A DNA stretch of 64,000 nucleotides from Mantamonas sphyraenae STR306 (taxonomy: Eukaryota > Protista > CRuMs), in contig JAPMXV010000001.1 of NCBI GenBank assembly GCA_026936335.1, positions 124,001-188,000 of the forward strand, in the 5' to 3' direction. The notes beneath the pieces are model-generated. The model was given only the letters and a program-made list of their open reading frames with translations. It did no database searches and was not told the DNA's origin. Positions 36,428 to 48,300 of this stretch are shown here, one piece after another (the first letter of the stretch is position 1; the number at the start of each line of letters is the position of its first letter). Both the position numbers and the translations under genes were made by a program.

Positions 36428-37759
36428 ATGGACAACCCACTCGTCAAACGGGTGTTGGACACCCTCGAGTCCTTTCATTCCAAAGTAGCACACACCCATG
36501 GCTCATCCCTGCGCCAACTCCAGTGTCAGGCGCTACACGAGGTGCACCACACACTCTCCTCCGTCTTGGAACCGCCGCGAGATCCACAGGAAGCCGCGGG
36601 TCTGGCCAAGCTCGTGTCTCTGGTGTTTGCCACTGCTTGTGTACATTTGGGCTGGGATTCGGAGCTGGAGGCTGGCCATGACATCCTCCTGGCCGCGTTT
36701 TGGGTCGCTCGATTTGGCGCGCTTCACGCTCGCTTTGTCCTCACTTTGCAGAGCGCCCAAGAGTGTCTGCTGTCCACACGTGCCCTCATGCTCTCCACCG
36801 TTGCTCAGAACAACCCGTGGGTGTCTGTATGTGCTGCCTCCATGCACACCCAGCTCGCCAGCGAGCATTTGTCCCTCGACGAGTACCACGGCGTCGTCGG
36901 CGACCTGGTGGCCCTCATGCGATCACGAAACGGACCCTGCACCCTTGCATCGTGTGTGGCACCGCTCACCGACTTTGTGTGCATGGCCAATGCCACACGC
37001 CTGGCACACACCTTCCTGTCCTCCTCCACCGACAAAGACCAACCGAACAACATCAAAGCGGTTCTGCGCATGCTCGGCGTGGCCTGCAAACCCCTGTTTG
37101 GCTTTGCCACTTCCGCCTCCCCCTACTTTGACTCCCCGGCCACACCCATGCTTCGGCTGCTGGCTATCCGCTCCCTGTACAGTCTTGTCGCCGCCCGCGA
37201 CACCCTGTGGCACGATGTCGTGCACACAAACCAAGCCATGGCTGCCGATGTGGTTGGCGTGGCTGTCCAGCTGCTCATGGACAGTCCTCATCCCGACGTT
37301 CTCGTCGCTGCCCTTGCCCTGCTCACCCACGCCTCCAACGGTCTCTACACAGCCTCCCTTTTGTACAGCAACACCATCCTCACTGCCAAACTGGCTGCAC
37401 GTCTCCTCCTCCTCTTCCGGCTGGCTCCAGCTCGATCCAGCCTGTCCTTTGCCTCCCAACGCGCCCTCGTGGCCTTGATTCGCCACCCCAACTGCGCCCC
37501 TGTCTCCTCTCCGTCGCCATCGCGGTCCCGTGTCCAACAGTGGAAGGACCTTGTGGCCAACGCCCTCTCCAACCTCTCCCTGGTCAACGCATCACCCCTC
37601 GAGCAGGCCTCGAAGCAGCGTCTCCAGCAAATCCAGCAGCTCGTCCAGGAAACCCTGGAGCTGGAATCCACGCCTTCCTCCTCCTCTTCTTCCTCCTCCT
37701 CTTCTTCTTCAACAAAGACGCTGCACAAGCGATCGTTTGCGTTTGCCAGTCGAACATGA
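36428..37759 (+). CDS. Hypothetical alpha-helical (ARM/HEAT-like) protein
   Basis: 443-aa Leu/Ala-rich ORF that fills the gap between neighbours exactly; no recognised motif. Confidence 0.55.
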   Translation: MDNPLVKRVLDTLESFHSKVAHTHGSSLRQLQCQALHEVHHTLSSVLEPPRDPQEAAGLAKLVSLVFATACVHLGWDSELEAGHDILLAAFWVARFGALHARFVLTLQSAQECLLSTRALMLSTVAQNNPWVSVCAASMHTQLASEHLSLDEYHGVVGDLVALMRSRNGPCTLASCVAPLTDFVCMANATRLAHTFLSSSTDKDQPNNIKAVLRMLGVACKPLFGFATSASPYFDSPATPMLRLLAIRSLYSLVAARDTLWHDVVHTNQAMAADVVGVAVQLLMDSPHPDVLVAALALLTHASNGLYTASLLYSNTILTAKLAARLLLLFRLAPARSSLSFASQRALVALIRHPNCAPVSSPSPSRSRVQQWKDLVANALSNLSLVNASPLEQASKQRLQQIQQLVQETLELESTPSSSSSSSSSSSSTKTLHKRSFAFASRT

Positions 37760-37794
37760 ACAGAAATGAAAGACGAGACTGCTTCAGATCTGCT

Positions 37795-39622
37795 TCATTC
37801 CACACGCTGCCGTTTGCCTCCTCCCTCTTCATCCTCCGTCTGCTCACTCTCCAGTGCAGCAGCGGCGTCTGCGTTGCCTTGTTCATACTCTTCCCGGGTG
37901 CGTACGGTTCCCTGTCCACTCTGCTGCTTGCCTGCCCCTTCGACCTGTACAAAGGCCTCACCCTCTTCCACAGAGGCCATCTGCTCGTCGGTGGCCTGCT
38001 GAAGGATCACTTTGATGGACAGGTCCTGTTGGAAATCCTCCACAGCCAGCACGGTTTGGTGTGTCAACCCAAGGGCCTGCAGCGTCTGTGCGCCGTTGCT
38101 GGTGTACATCTCCACCTCATCTTCGTCCAGATCATCGCCCATCTCAAACAGTTGGTTGAACCCAGCCACCACCGTGGGCTGGTGGAAGCCCAGCTTGCGT
38201 TGCAGGACGTCGGTGACGAGGGAATTGAGTGTGGTGGAGGCCAAATCGAGGGTGGCTTCCACCGTTCTGCTCTGGCACACAAAACAGGTCGGGTTGGGCT
38301 TGGGTGTCACCATGGGTGTCAACATACGCTTCTGCACGGGCTTCCTGTTCAGATACACCTCGCGACACAGATCCAGCCTGTCGTTGAGGATGTGAAACGC
38401 TTGCAACACCATCAGCCCCGCAATGACTGCGTTGGACGTGGCAATTGCAGGAATGATGTTTCCTGCCATCGATTTGATGTCAAACCGACTGCTTGCGTCA
38501 ATGCCAAACGCAGCTGCCCTCAGATTGGCCGCAGCGGCCACAAAGTCCATCGCGTCGCTGTCGTCCTTGTCAAACTCCACGCCCCCACCACGAGCAAGCA
38601 GCCGCTCCGTACTCCGCACAAACACCTCTGCAGACTCACGCAGACTCCACACACGCTGGTCCTGTGTGCGCACACCCGTCCCACTGCTACTCTGTGCTGT
38701 TTCCGACGACGACGACAACGACGACGACAGCGTCCCCTCCAGCGTGCGTGCTGTGGGTGGATCCCGCTGCATCCCTTCCCAATTCTGGTTTTCCTGGAGC
38801 TTGCGGATGTCCCTGTCAAACAGCTTGTCAAACATGCCCTGTGCAGTGTGCAGCCACGTGTTTTCCGGGTCGTCCGCTTCCTGCAAATCCTCCGCGTCCG
38901 TGCCAGCGCCAAACACGTTGGCAAACACCCACTTGCCCCATACCACACAATGGATGGGCTTCTCCGGATGCTGTCGGATGGTGCACACGGGATACGTGCG
39001 ACGTGGCGGGTGCGGGGTGCACTCGAAGCACCGCGTGACCTGCTTCCGGATCACACTCACCTGGCCCAGGTACCCTTCCGTGCCACTCTCCACCAGCGGC
39101 TTGTCCACACTCAAGCACAATCTGTTCACGTGTCTGCGTGCGTCCACGTTGTCCAGGGCATTCATCACCAGGTCGAACCCGTCCACGTAGTCCCTCCCAA
39201 ACTGCTCCTGCTTCACATTGCCATGGTGTGCCACAATGTCCACCTCTGTGTTGAATGCCCCGGCCGTCTCTTTGGCCACATTCGCCTTGCTCATGCCCAC
39301 GTGCTTCTTGCGGAACAGAAACTGCCGGTTCAGGTTCGAGACGTCGATCGTGTCCAGATCAATCTGTCCCCACAGGCCATGTAAGACACCACCATCCACA
39401 CAACGCCACGCAAACACACACAACAACGAACGCACGCCAACCATTCAATCAACAAGAGCACGCACTTACCAACTCGATGCGTGTGAATCCAGACATGACC
39501 AAGTTCTTGAGCAATTCACAGCCGATTCCACCTGCGCCCACCACCAGCACGCGTGCATCCTGGACACGCTTCAGCAATGGTGCTCCCAACACACGCTTCA
39601 GATTTGCATTGCGTTTACTCAT
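37795..39622 (-). CDS. UBA2: SUMO-activating enzyme subunit 2
   Basis: [14 protein letters not shown], intron 39364-39469, [17 protein letters not shown], catalytic [25 protein letters not shown]. Confidence 0.93.
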
Positions 39623-39709
39623 GTTTTTTTTGGCTGGTCCCAATGGAGGCTGCTGTGGCTGATGTCTTTCTGCAACAACAACACATCATTCATCTCCAGC
39701 CTCCTGCTA

Positions 39710-42700
39710 TCACTTGCAGTAGATCACATCTTCTCCCTCAAACTCAAAGTAGCCCTTGTCCTCACACGACTCGATACACCCGTCAATGACACTCTGTTGG
39801 ACCACGTACAAACGCGACACAGCCTGTCCACACTCTGCCTCCAGTGCCTTACGAGCCATACGTTTCTCCCGTTTCATGATGCGCACCAGTGCACTGCTCA
39901 CAGCCAGTTTCTGCTCCCGCATGTATTCCTGTGCGGAGCGTTGTTGTTGCTGTGGCTGCTGCTGGGCTTCATCCTCACGGTCGTCGTCCTGCACGCCCTG
40001 TGTTTGTGCGGACGAAGAGGACGACGACGATGATGACAATGACATGGATCCGGTGCCCTTGTTGTTGCCTCCTGCGGTCCTGTCGGTGACTTGTTCGTCC
40101 ATGGCATCGTCGTCAACTCCAGTTGTTCGAGCCATGGTCAGATCGATCTTACGCCTGCGCAAGCGGACACGACTGTTGAGCTGCCATCGGTTGTTGACGC
40201 CACCCCTGCGTGTGCTCTTCTTCAAGTTTGTCACCATGCCCGTACGCTCCAGTTTCCGCATGGTCTCACGCACTGCGTCGCAGTCGGCCTCCAGGCCCAG
40301 GCCGGTGCCCAGCTCGTTATCGCTGAGAGTGGGCAAGACGGCACGCTGCATGCCCTGCGGCTTGCACTCGCCCAGCAGCAGCAACACCAGTGCCTGCAGC
40401 ACGGTACACACCAGTGTGACGCCCTGTTCGCCCCAGTACAGGTGCACCTGGCTGCGTGTGTGCACCCACTCCAGCTTGCGTCCGTCCCTGTCCTTGCGGT
40501 ACCACTCTTCAAACGCCGCCAGCTCCTGAGCCACCGCCTCCGGCATGCGCAGACGTGTGTCCACATCCTCCAACGCCACCGGCCATGACATGTTGGTCAG
40601 CGTGCGCACCGACAGCGGCTGTCGCAACGAGGATGGCCGTGTGTGATGGTCAGCGCCGGCCAAGGCCCTCTCGTCTCGCACCCGTGCGCTGTGAAAGGCT
40701 GTGTTCATCGCACGCCAGGCCATGGCGTCGCTGGCCATGGTTTGCATGCGTGACAGCAGCGTGGTGCCACACATGCCCTGCAGGCGTTCCAGCAGCGTGT
40801 TCATCGTGCACGTCACCAACGTCTCCCGCTGCTCGCCACCCAGACGCAGCAACAGACTGCCCAGTTGTGCCTGCAGACCCATCACCACGCCCACCTTGTC
40901 GTTCATCCAGTGCACCACCTTCAACATGCGCTCCGTGCTCCCGTTGGCTGCGTCGTCCTCCGCCTCCGAGCTCACCGATTTGTACACCTCGTCCATGAGC
41001 AGCGACACCATCACCTGGCTCAATGTCGAGCTGCCTGTCATTGCTTCTCTCGCCTCCTCCGCCTCCTCTGCCTGTTTGCTGGCCTCCTCCGCCGCAGCTT
41101 CCTCCTTGTCGTTCGGCGTCCCAGTCGACGCTGGTGTCGCAACACTGCTGCTACTCCCACACGCCTGTCGTGCCTCTGTCGGCAACGCCAGGTTGACCAT
41201 CAATGTGTACAGATCGTTCCCCACGGGCCTCACCGCCACGTGACGTTCAAACACAGTGTCGACAAAGGCCTGATTCAGCGCCACGACGTACGCCAGGTGT
41301 GCCACGTACTCCCTCTGTGCCTCCTTGGTCTCTGCTGTGGCCTTGGCCAACTCCTGGGTCTTGCCCAGGAACTCGGTGGTGAACCACGCCTTGTAGGACG
41401 CCACATACGGCAGACACGACGCACCCAACCTCTCTGTGCATGACAACAGTGTGCGCATGCGCTCCTTGGCCACTTTGTGCGCCTCTGTGGGTGTGTCGGT
41501 GGCTACAGCCTCCACCATGCCCGGCACACAGCTATCAAACAACTCCACCAGCATAGCCTTCCACTCGTCCATCCGCTCGTCAATCAGGTGTGTTCGCATG
41601 CAAGCCACTGTGCGTGCTTCCAGTTTGTGATGCGAGGGCCACACACGCCCAATCACCAGCTCCCGTTCCAGTCGCGTGTCAAGGTGAGCCAACGTCTCGC
41701 ACACGTCCTCGCCACTGCTGCCCAGCTGTGCAAAGAACGCCTGTGCCGATTCATACACACAGTTGGCCACCATTTCTTGCTGCTGTTCCCAGTTGCGTTG
41801 TGCCTGGGCGTCGTACAGCGGCGAATCCTCCTCCACGCCCGGATCCAGCGATCTCACCAGCGTGCCCAGCAAGCGTGGGATCTCCTCACGAGTCGCGGCA
41901 TCACACTCCATGCTGCGGAACAGGGCCAGGGCGTGTTGTACGCTGTCCACCAATTGTGGCATCAACATCAGCTCCTGCCACACGTGGTCCATCCAGCACT
42001 TCAGTGCCAGCGTCGTTGTGTCCTGCGCACGGTGGATGCTCATCCCTTCGTCGTGCAACATGTCCAAGAAGTGGGCCACCTTGGGAAGGTACCTTGTGGC
42101 CACTCGCTCCACCCGCAGGTAACGTTCCTCGTAGCTCCTCAGTTTTTCCAGCGGATCGGTCTGCTCACACACCCGCTCCAGGAGTTTTCGCACTCCTCGC
42201 TGCAACGCCTCGTCCATGGCTCGGATCAACTCGCGCTCCTTCTCCTGGTCCGGTTCCACGCTCACCTGTTCATAAATCAATCTGTGGGCGTGCGTCCGCG
42301 CCGTGTCAGCGCGCCGGGCGCAGCGAGCTCGGGAATCTCCTGGCAAAAAGGGCAGATGAAACGTCCGCAGGCACACAGAGGCACACATCACATGGTGGGT
42401 GGAACGTCGAACACACGCAAACGTTCGTGGGGAAGACCTCAGCAAAGGTATGCGTGCATGCATGCAGGGCGTGGCGCAGTGCGGGTGGGTGGAGGTTGTC
42501 GTGGAAACGGAAGGCGCGCAAAATGAGCGGTGACGGGTTTTGTGCGGGGCAACGGCCACTGCCGGGGGAAAAGGAGGGCGAATCAGGAGACACCAACTTA
42601 CGTGTAGTGATGGATGACATCCATACGCTTGGTAGGCTCGAGCAACAATTCGTAGATGCTTGTGCTGAGGTCTAGAAAGGCGGTGCGTGCCTTGCGCTGG

Positions 42701-43317
42701 CGTTGGCGTTGGTCGCGTTCCGTGCGCGACTTTTTCGGGGAGGAGAAGAGGTCGAGGCAGGGCACTGTGGTGGTGGTGTGTGTCGACTGTTGATGTTGCT
42801 GGGCAGCCAAGGCCATGCCTCCGTCTGAGAGCGAGGAAGAGGAGCCCGAGCTGAGATCGAGCACACGTTGTCGCTTGTGCTTGTGCAACCCTGGAGATGG
42901 GTTGAACACATCCTCCTCATCGCCGTCTTCGGACAGTTGCGCCCCACTGCGTGTGCGTTTGCCACCACCCAGTTGGCCGACGACGGTGCTCGAGCTACGT
43001 CGACGGCGAGCTTGCCTGGCCCAGGGCGACGTGTTGGTCGACTCGCTGTGATACAGGAGCGTGGAGGCCACGCCCCGGTTGGTGGCCATCATGCCAAAGT
43101 TGGTTCGGCCACTTTGGTAGCATTGGTTGCACAGGATCGACCGGTCAGTGGCGCTGTGCACGTTGTACTGGTCTTTGTTTCGTTTCAGCTCCCCCAGGCA
43201 GCCCGAATGCACCATCACACGCATGGGCGGGTGTGACGTGCCTGTGCAAAACACAGTCGGCCCCTGGCTGCTCCCTCTGCTTTCGCACACGATACATAAC
43301 GGTGTCGTTTGGGACAT
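39710..43317 (-). CDS. Divergent cullin with N-terminal PHD-like zinc finger (~1095 aa)
   Basis: Exons 42602-43317 and 39710-42281 join as HYT|LIYEQ. Cullin homology TLTNMSWP..FEEWY..GRKLEW; neddylation motif ALVRIMKREK..IESCEDKGY. Confidence 0.75.
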
Positions 43318-43632
43318 CGGCGACGGGAGAAAAAGTTGGTGACGGCGGCGATGACGCAGTCTGCCCTCATGACTGTCCATTGATCGATCCGATGCACATT
43401 CACCTGTGGGGTGGGTCTGTCATGGCGTTCATCGGACGCTGATGTCATGAAATCCGGATGCGCGTGGAAGGTGGGGAAAGTGTGGCCGCACGACTCAACC
43501 TCAGTTGCAACCACGATGGACGTCCAACCAAATGCCCCTCCCTCCTTTCTTCCCCTGCCATCCTCCCTTTCACTCACTCACATGAGGAACCGTTCCTTCA
43601 TTGCTCGCTTCTCTCCCTCCGAGCACAACACT

Positions 43633-44576
43633 TCAACGCCTCTTCTTCTGCTCCAGACTCTTGCGAATGAAGATGGCAATGTCCTCGTCCTTGGCCAGGT
43701 CCACCGGGTTCTGGTTGCGCTTGTTGGGAAAGTTGCGAGCCCCCTTGCGGATCAAGTCGCTGACCATCTGCTTGTTGCAGTGGAACACTGCCACATGCAG
43801 TGCCGTGTTTCCACTGCGGTCCTGCACATTCGGGTTGGCGCCACTCTCCAGCAGCAGACCCAGGATCACTGTGTCCTGTCGCCACGCTGCATGATGCAAC
43901 GCCGTCGTGCCCGTCACGTCCGCCTCGTTCGGGTCGATTCCCGTCGTTGTGATCAGATACTGCACCGCATCCACGTTGCCATACTTGGCTGCCAGGCCCA
44001 GTGTGCAGAACTTGGGGCAGTTGTCGTATGTGCGCAGAGGGATTGCGTAGTTCGACTTGGCAAACTCTTCCAGGTACTCGTCACGGATTTGCAGCTTGCA
44101 CTCCTGCGTTTGGTTACACAGCGTGTGGACGGTGTGTGTGTGTGTGTGGAAATGTGTCCATCGTGTGTGTGTGTGACGTGTGACGTGTGATGTGTGTGTG
44201 CCTTTTGGTGTCAGTGTCATTCGTTGCGCATGCAAACCCGTGCTGTGCGTGTTTAGAAGCCGCGCCGACCCCAAAAAAGCAAGGCGGCCACTTTCCCCTC
44301 TTGCGCCTCGCACCACCTTCCACGTACCTGTGCCAGCTCCACAAACATCTCTGCGGGCTCGAAATCCACGCTGTCCTTGGTGGCCTTGCGGTTCTGCACG
44401 TCTGTGATCTTTTCCATCTGCTTGACGACCTCCTTTTGCTTTGTGTGCCCGATGCGAATCTGCAGCTTGCGGTTGTTGGCTGCCGTGATGAACTTGGCCA
44501 CCATGTTCTGTGCCAGCTCCACCGACTCCTCGTTGTACACAGCCTTGCCTGCCGAAGCACCGCCGCTTGTGCTTCC

Positions 44577-44610
<34 letters not shown>

Positions 44611-45245
44611 CTGCTGCTGCCGCCGGCGTTGCGCTTCTTGGAGGGGCCGCGCGCAAACAGTTCGGCAAACTTGTTTGCCTCCAGGTAAAAGTCCAGGATG
44701 TGTGCCTGTTTGTTCTCGGTGAGAAAGTGGTGCAGTTGCTGCGTGCCAAACGAATCCCCCAGCAGCAGGTCTATGTCCTGCACCAGCGGGTTCAACGGCT
44801 TCACTGACACGCGGTCAATCACGTTGTACTGCTCCAGCTGCTCCAGCACAGGCACCGACCCGCCAATCGCTCCGTAATGTGCCACTGTGCGCCCACTGTT
44901 GTCCGTCATGCTTGCGTCCAACTCCAGCTCCTCCACAAGGTAGGCCATCACGCGCTCCTTACCCGACACCGCCGCCACGTGCAGCGTCGTCAGGCCCGTC
45001 TCGTCGGGCGACAGCGGGTCCAACTCAAACTCGCTCACCAGATACTTCAGCAACTCCAGATTGCCCTTGGCCGCACACCTGTGGATTGGCAGCAGGTCCG
45101 TCGCATTTGCCTGCGTCGTCAGCAATTTCGCCTGCGACTCCTCCGGCACAAAGTCCGCCAGGAATCCCTTGAACTGCTCCACCGTCGTGTCCTCCTGGAT
45201 TGCCTGTTGCAGCTTTTCCACAAGACTGTTCTTTGTCGATGCCAT
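43633..45245 (-). CDS. Ankyrin-RGS-ankyrin protein (~462 aa)
   Basis: Exons 44328-45245 and 43633-44103. ANK repeats (GLTTLHVAA, GNTALHVAV) flank LHHFLTENKQAHILDFYLEANKF..KFI..F..AQ|EC..IRDEYLEEFAKS. Confidence 0.78.
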
Positions 45246-45363
45246 TGTGCAGCGGTGGGTTCGGTTGGTTGCGTAGGGTTGGCGTGCACGCATCCACACC
45301 TCTGTCCTTCGGTCATTCCTCCATTCATCAACAACCCTCCATTCATCAACAACCATTGCTTCT

Positions 45364-48300
45364 TCATTCCACAGACATTCCACTTTCGTCCTCATCCTCA
45401 TCATCCTCATCCACATCGTCGTCCTCGTCATCCTCGTCATCCACATCGTCATCCTCGTCCTCTTCCTCCTCCTCCTCATCATCCTCGTCATCCTCCTCGT
45501 CCGTAATATCCTCCTGGTCGTAGTCCACCTCGTCATCGTCGTCATCCGACTCTGCCCAGCCACCCACCTTCATGGTGTCCACCTCTTTCGGCGTGGCAAA
45601 ACGTTGCTTCTCGTACATGACACAGTCCTCCACGCCCGGCAGGTCCTGGATGTACTTGAGGATGGTGTTTTGGTTGAACCCAAAGTAGACTGGCCCGCTC
45701 ACTGTCGTGGTCTTGCGCGCCTCGCTGTCCGCCTTCAGATCGTTCACCCGCTTCACAATCACCGCCCAGCACGACGTCGGCGTCGGCCCCGTCAGTGTTT
45801 CCATCTGCACGCCCTCCTCACCCGGTCCGGGACGCGGCGTCACGCAGAACAGCGGGCCGTCCTCACCCTCGCGGATTTCGCTCACGTACTGCGTCTGCAC
45901 GCCGTTTGTGTACATGCTGTGGTATGTGCGCTCACACTGGTATCCCACGGGGTAGATGTACCGCGACGAATGGTACCCTCCCAGTGTGCTCACCTTGCCC
46001 AGCGAGTGCACCGTAAAGGCCCCGCTCTTGAACGGCACCACAGGGTAGCCGTTTTCGTCCTCCGGCACCCGATGGTACGAACGCACACCCGCACGACTCG
46101 CCTTTTTCGCTGTCGACATCTTGCGTCGCTTGCTGCCCCCGCTTCCTTCGCTTCCGCGTCGTCCGCCGCCTCCACGTCGCTTCCTTCCCCCGCTTCCTCC
46201 CGTGCCGCTGCCGCTGCTCGACGACGACGACGACGACGAGCCTCCCGTGGTCCCACTCACCATCACCATCATCCACGCGCCCGACTCCAGCTCCTTCTCG
46301 ATGCTTGCCGCACGCTCATCGTCGCCCGCCTCCTTGGCTGCACTCATGCGTGCCTTGAGCTCCTCGTGGTGCGACCACACACGCGACACCAGCTCCACCA
46401 CACGCTCCAGACGCTTGGTCAGGTCCCGTGCGTCCGGCCACTCCATTGTCTGGCCCTGCTCCTTCAACACCTCCTCCGTCTTGACAAACGACAGCTCTGG
46501 GTCCTTGCGCAGGTCGTCCCACGAGCCCACTCCGTGCTTGGCAACGCCCCACAGCAGCTGGAAGTCGTGCACGTTGTGACGCCACCACTCGGGTGTCCCA
46601 CTCAGCCGCAGCGTGCTTGTGCGCGAGCTCACAATCGCACTCAGCGTCTCCTGCGGAATGGTGAGCACCTCGCTGCGAAGCTTGCCCATCAGCGCCACCC
46701 GGTTCAGGATTCGCTGTGCGTACAGCTCTGCCAGCGACTCCTTCTCCACGTCGATGTGCTTCAGGTCCACCTTGGGAAACTCCTCCGGCCGCTCCTGCAT
46801 CGCGCTGCAGTCCACCACCAGACTCATGTACTCCTGGTAGAAGCTGCGCACCAGCTCTGCACTCTTGCGTTCCAGCTTACCCTTCACCTTGAACGCCTCC
46901 CAGCTCCACGGGTAGTAGAACGCCAACTGGTTCATCTCCGCATCCGTGTACACCCGGTGGCCGTAGTCGTCCTTCTCCGCATCCTCCCTTTCTGCCAGTT
47001 CGCAGTGCATCTGCGTGCCGGGTCCGTATGACATCAGCGTCGAGCGGAACGCCGCCTTTTCACGCTTTGTCCACTCAAACATGGCCTGTTCCCTCTTTTT
47101 GCGTTCCTGCTCCTCCTTCTGCTTCCTCTTCTTCTCTCGCTTCTCTGCAAGCGCCTTTTCCCGCTCCGCACGCTTTGCCTCCAGCACACGTCGCTTCTCT
47201 TCGCTCATCTTGGCTCGCTCCATGCGCTGCTCCTCCATCTTTGTGTCTCGTTCCTCCTTCTTCAGGCCCAGCTTGCGTGCCTTGATTTCCTGTTGCTCCC
47301 GGATGCGTGTGACACCCTCCTTGTCCTTCTTGGCACGCAGCTCCTTCATCACTGCGTTCTCCACAATCTTGGCATCCCGGTATCGGTCGCGGATGATTGC
47401 CTTCATCAGACTCTTCAGCCTCGACGTCAGCGCCATGCTGTTGGGCCACTCGCGCAGGTCCTTTGCATTCTCCAGCACACGTCGTGCCGCACGCAGCGAC
47501 TCCATGCCCAGCTCCGTCAGCTCCAGAAACTCCTTGCGATCGGGCGTCAACTCCAGCGCCAAATCCACCTTTTTCAGTGCTGCCTGCGCCTCTGCAATCT
47601 CCTTCATCGACTGGTTGATCATCATCGGGTCGTCCGGCTTGCTGTTGTTCAGCGTCGTGCTCGTCATGTCCTCGCCACCCTCTGCCCCAGGTGCCGTGTT
47701 GCTGTCCTGCTCGGTGTCCATTGCCTCGGCGGAGTTGTCATCCATGTCATCATCGTCCGCCGCCGCAGTCTCCTCTTTCTTGGCCACCTTTCCGTTGCTG
47801 CTGGTGCTACTGCTGGTACTACTGCCGTCCTTGGTCGTGCTTGACGTGTCTTCCTCCTGCATGCTGTCGCTTTGCTGCAGGTGCGTGTGGCCATTGCTTC
47901 CGTTGTTGTTGTTGCTCTCCTCCTGCTTCGGTGCCTTGTCCTGCATGGCTGTGGCGTCTGCGCCGTCTGCGCCGTTTGTCACTCCGCCTCCGCCCGTGAT
48001 CTGTTCCATGGCCTTGCGTGCTGCTTGTTCCACCACCTCCATCTCCATGTCCAGCTCCGGAAGCGTCACGCGTCCAAACCACGGCAGGTCCGGATCGTAG
48101 CGCATCTCGTCGTAGCGTCCAAATCCGTAGCGGTACAGCGCCACAAACAGCAGCGCGTCATCACGATGCGTCCACCAGTCCACAGGCGGCGCAGCCTGCA
48201 GCACAGGAATCGTCATGTGCAGCGGATCCTTCACCGTCTCCACAATGATCATGATCTGAGCCATCTGCCGCAAGCGCGACAGGATTGCCGTCATGTTGCG

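Noticed and set aside
7969-43317. Ubiquitin/SUMO gene cluster (E2, Ubl, UBA2, cullin)
   Set aside because: Different pathways, interspersed with unrelated genes; plausible by chance.
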